A stretch of DNA of 64,000 nt, taken from positions 1-64,000 of the forward strand of contig CAXHJY010000626.1 of assembly GCA_964016885.1 (NCBI GenBank), given 5' to 3'. Both the position numbers and the translations under genes were made by a program. This document shows, piece by piece, positions 63,331 to 64,000 of this stretch. The stretch comes from Eledone cirrhosa. Taxonomy: Eukaryota. The notes beneath the pieces were generated by a model that had not been told where the DNA came from, did not search any database, and saw only the letters and a list, made by a program, of their open reading frames with translations. Every line of letters starts with the position of its first letter. Position 1 is the stretch's first letter.

Positions 63331-64000
63331 GCATGCAACAAAATAGAGAGATGGAAAGATAGATAAAGAGAAGAACTTCATGTAAAGAAACAGAGAGAGA
63401 TATATCGAGAGAGGAAATAGATAGAGATAGATATATATAGAGAAAAGTAGGTAGTTGGACGACGTATCAATGATACCTTTATTTATTTATTTATTTATTT
63501 ATTTAGCTCTAGTATTAATGTAAGAGAGTTATATGTCGTTAGGAAAGAAACCAGCCGTTATATAGAGAGAAAAATGAAAAGTAACCAGACATAGGCGAGG
63601 CAGAATTCAAAAACCCTATGTTTTAATGTAGAAGTATTAGTTCGTATAAAAACCAGGCACTATAATGTAAATATCAGTATTCCTGAATGAGACACGTATC
63701 TATAATGTGTGAAAAGTAATGATCTTATGTCTAGTTTTAAAAATTCATATGTTTATATGATAACTACAAACATCGATGTGAATTTACGTGATCAACTCTG
63801 CAAACCCCTATTTCACACGGAGAACATTCTCATTGTGCTATAAAAATTTAAGTATACATATATGTGTATATATACACACATATATATAGAGTCTATATTA
63901 ATTTTAACAATACTATTCTTGTCTTTACTCTACATGATTATCTATCAAGCAGAAATAGAGAACAGATTTCAATATTAATAAAAATATCAGAAACAAAAAC

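Overview
AT-rich, repeat-dominated eukaryotic DNA with no recognisable host gene. The SINE and LINE families and the huge (TA)n arrays suggest a cephalopod (Octopus-like) genome; this is inference from recalled repeat families. Most long ORFs in the track are artefacts of purine/pyrimidine-alternating microsatellites (about 20 kb in total). Real coding sequence is transposon-derived: an essentially full-length RTE LINE split by a 5' inversion (46261-49567), two tail-to-tail CR1-group LINE copies plus a third CR1 3' end, a CRE-like restriction-endonuclease LINE remnant, a Penelope-like (GIY-YIG) fragment, mariner and Tc1 remnants, and many tRNA-derived SINEs. The most notable signal is an RNA one. 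The 484-485 bp tandem repeat at 1-1743 carries one type I hammerhead ribozyme (HHR) per unit on the minus strand, making it a retrozyme-like array. Five more complete minimal HHR loci of otherwise unrelated sequence occur at 19372, 24889 (compensatory U3-A8 core), 27131, 52081 and 58873. Decayed or half motifs occur at 13746, 15008, 16570, 16747, 23205 and 59766. Most have a palindromic stem III, sit in or next to microsatellites, and have fold-back or truncation breakpoints at or near the ribozyme. All structures were folded by eye and ribozyme activity is untested.
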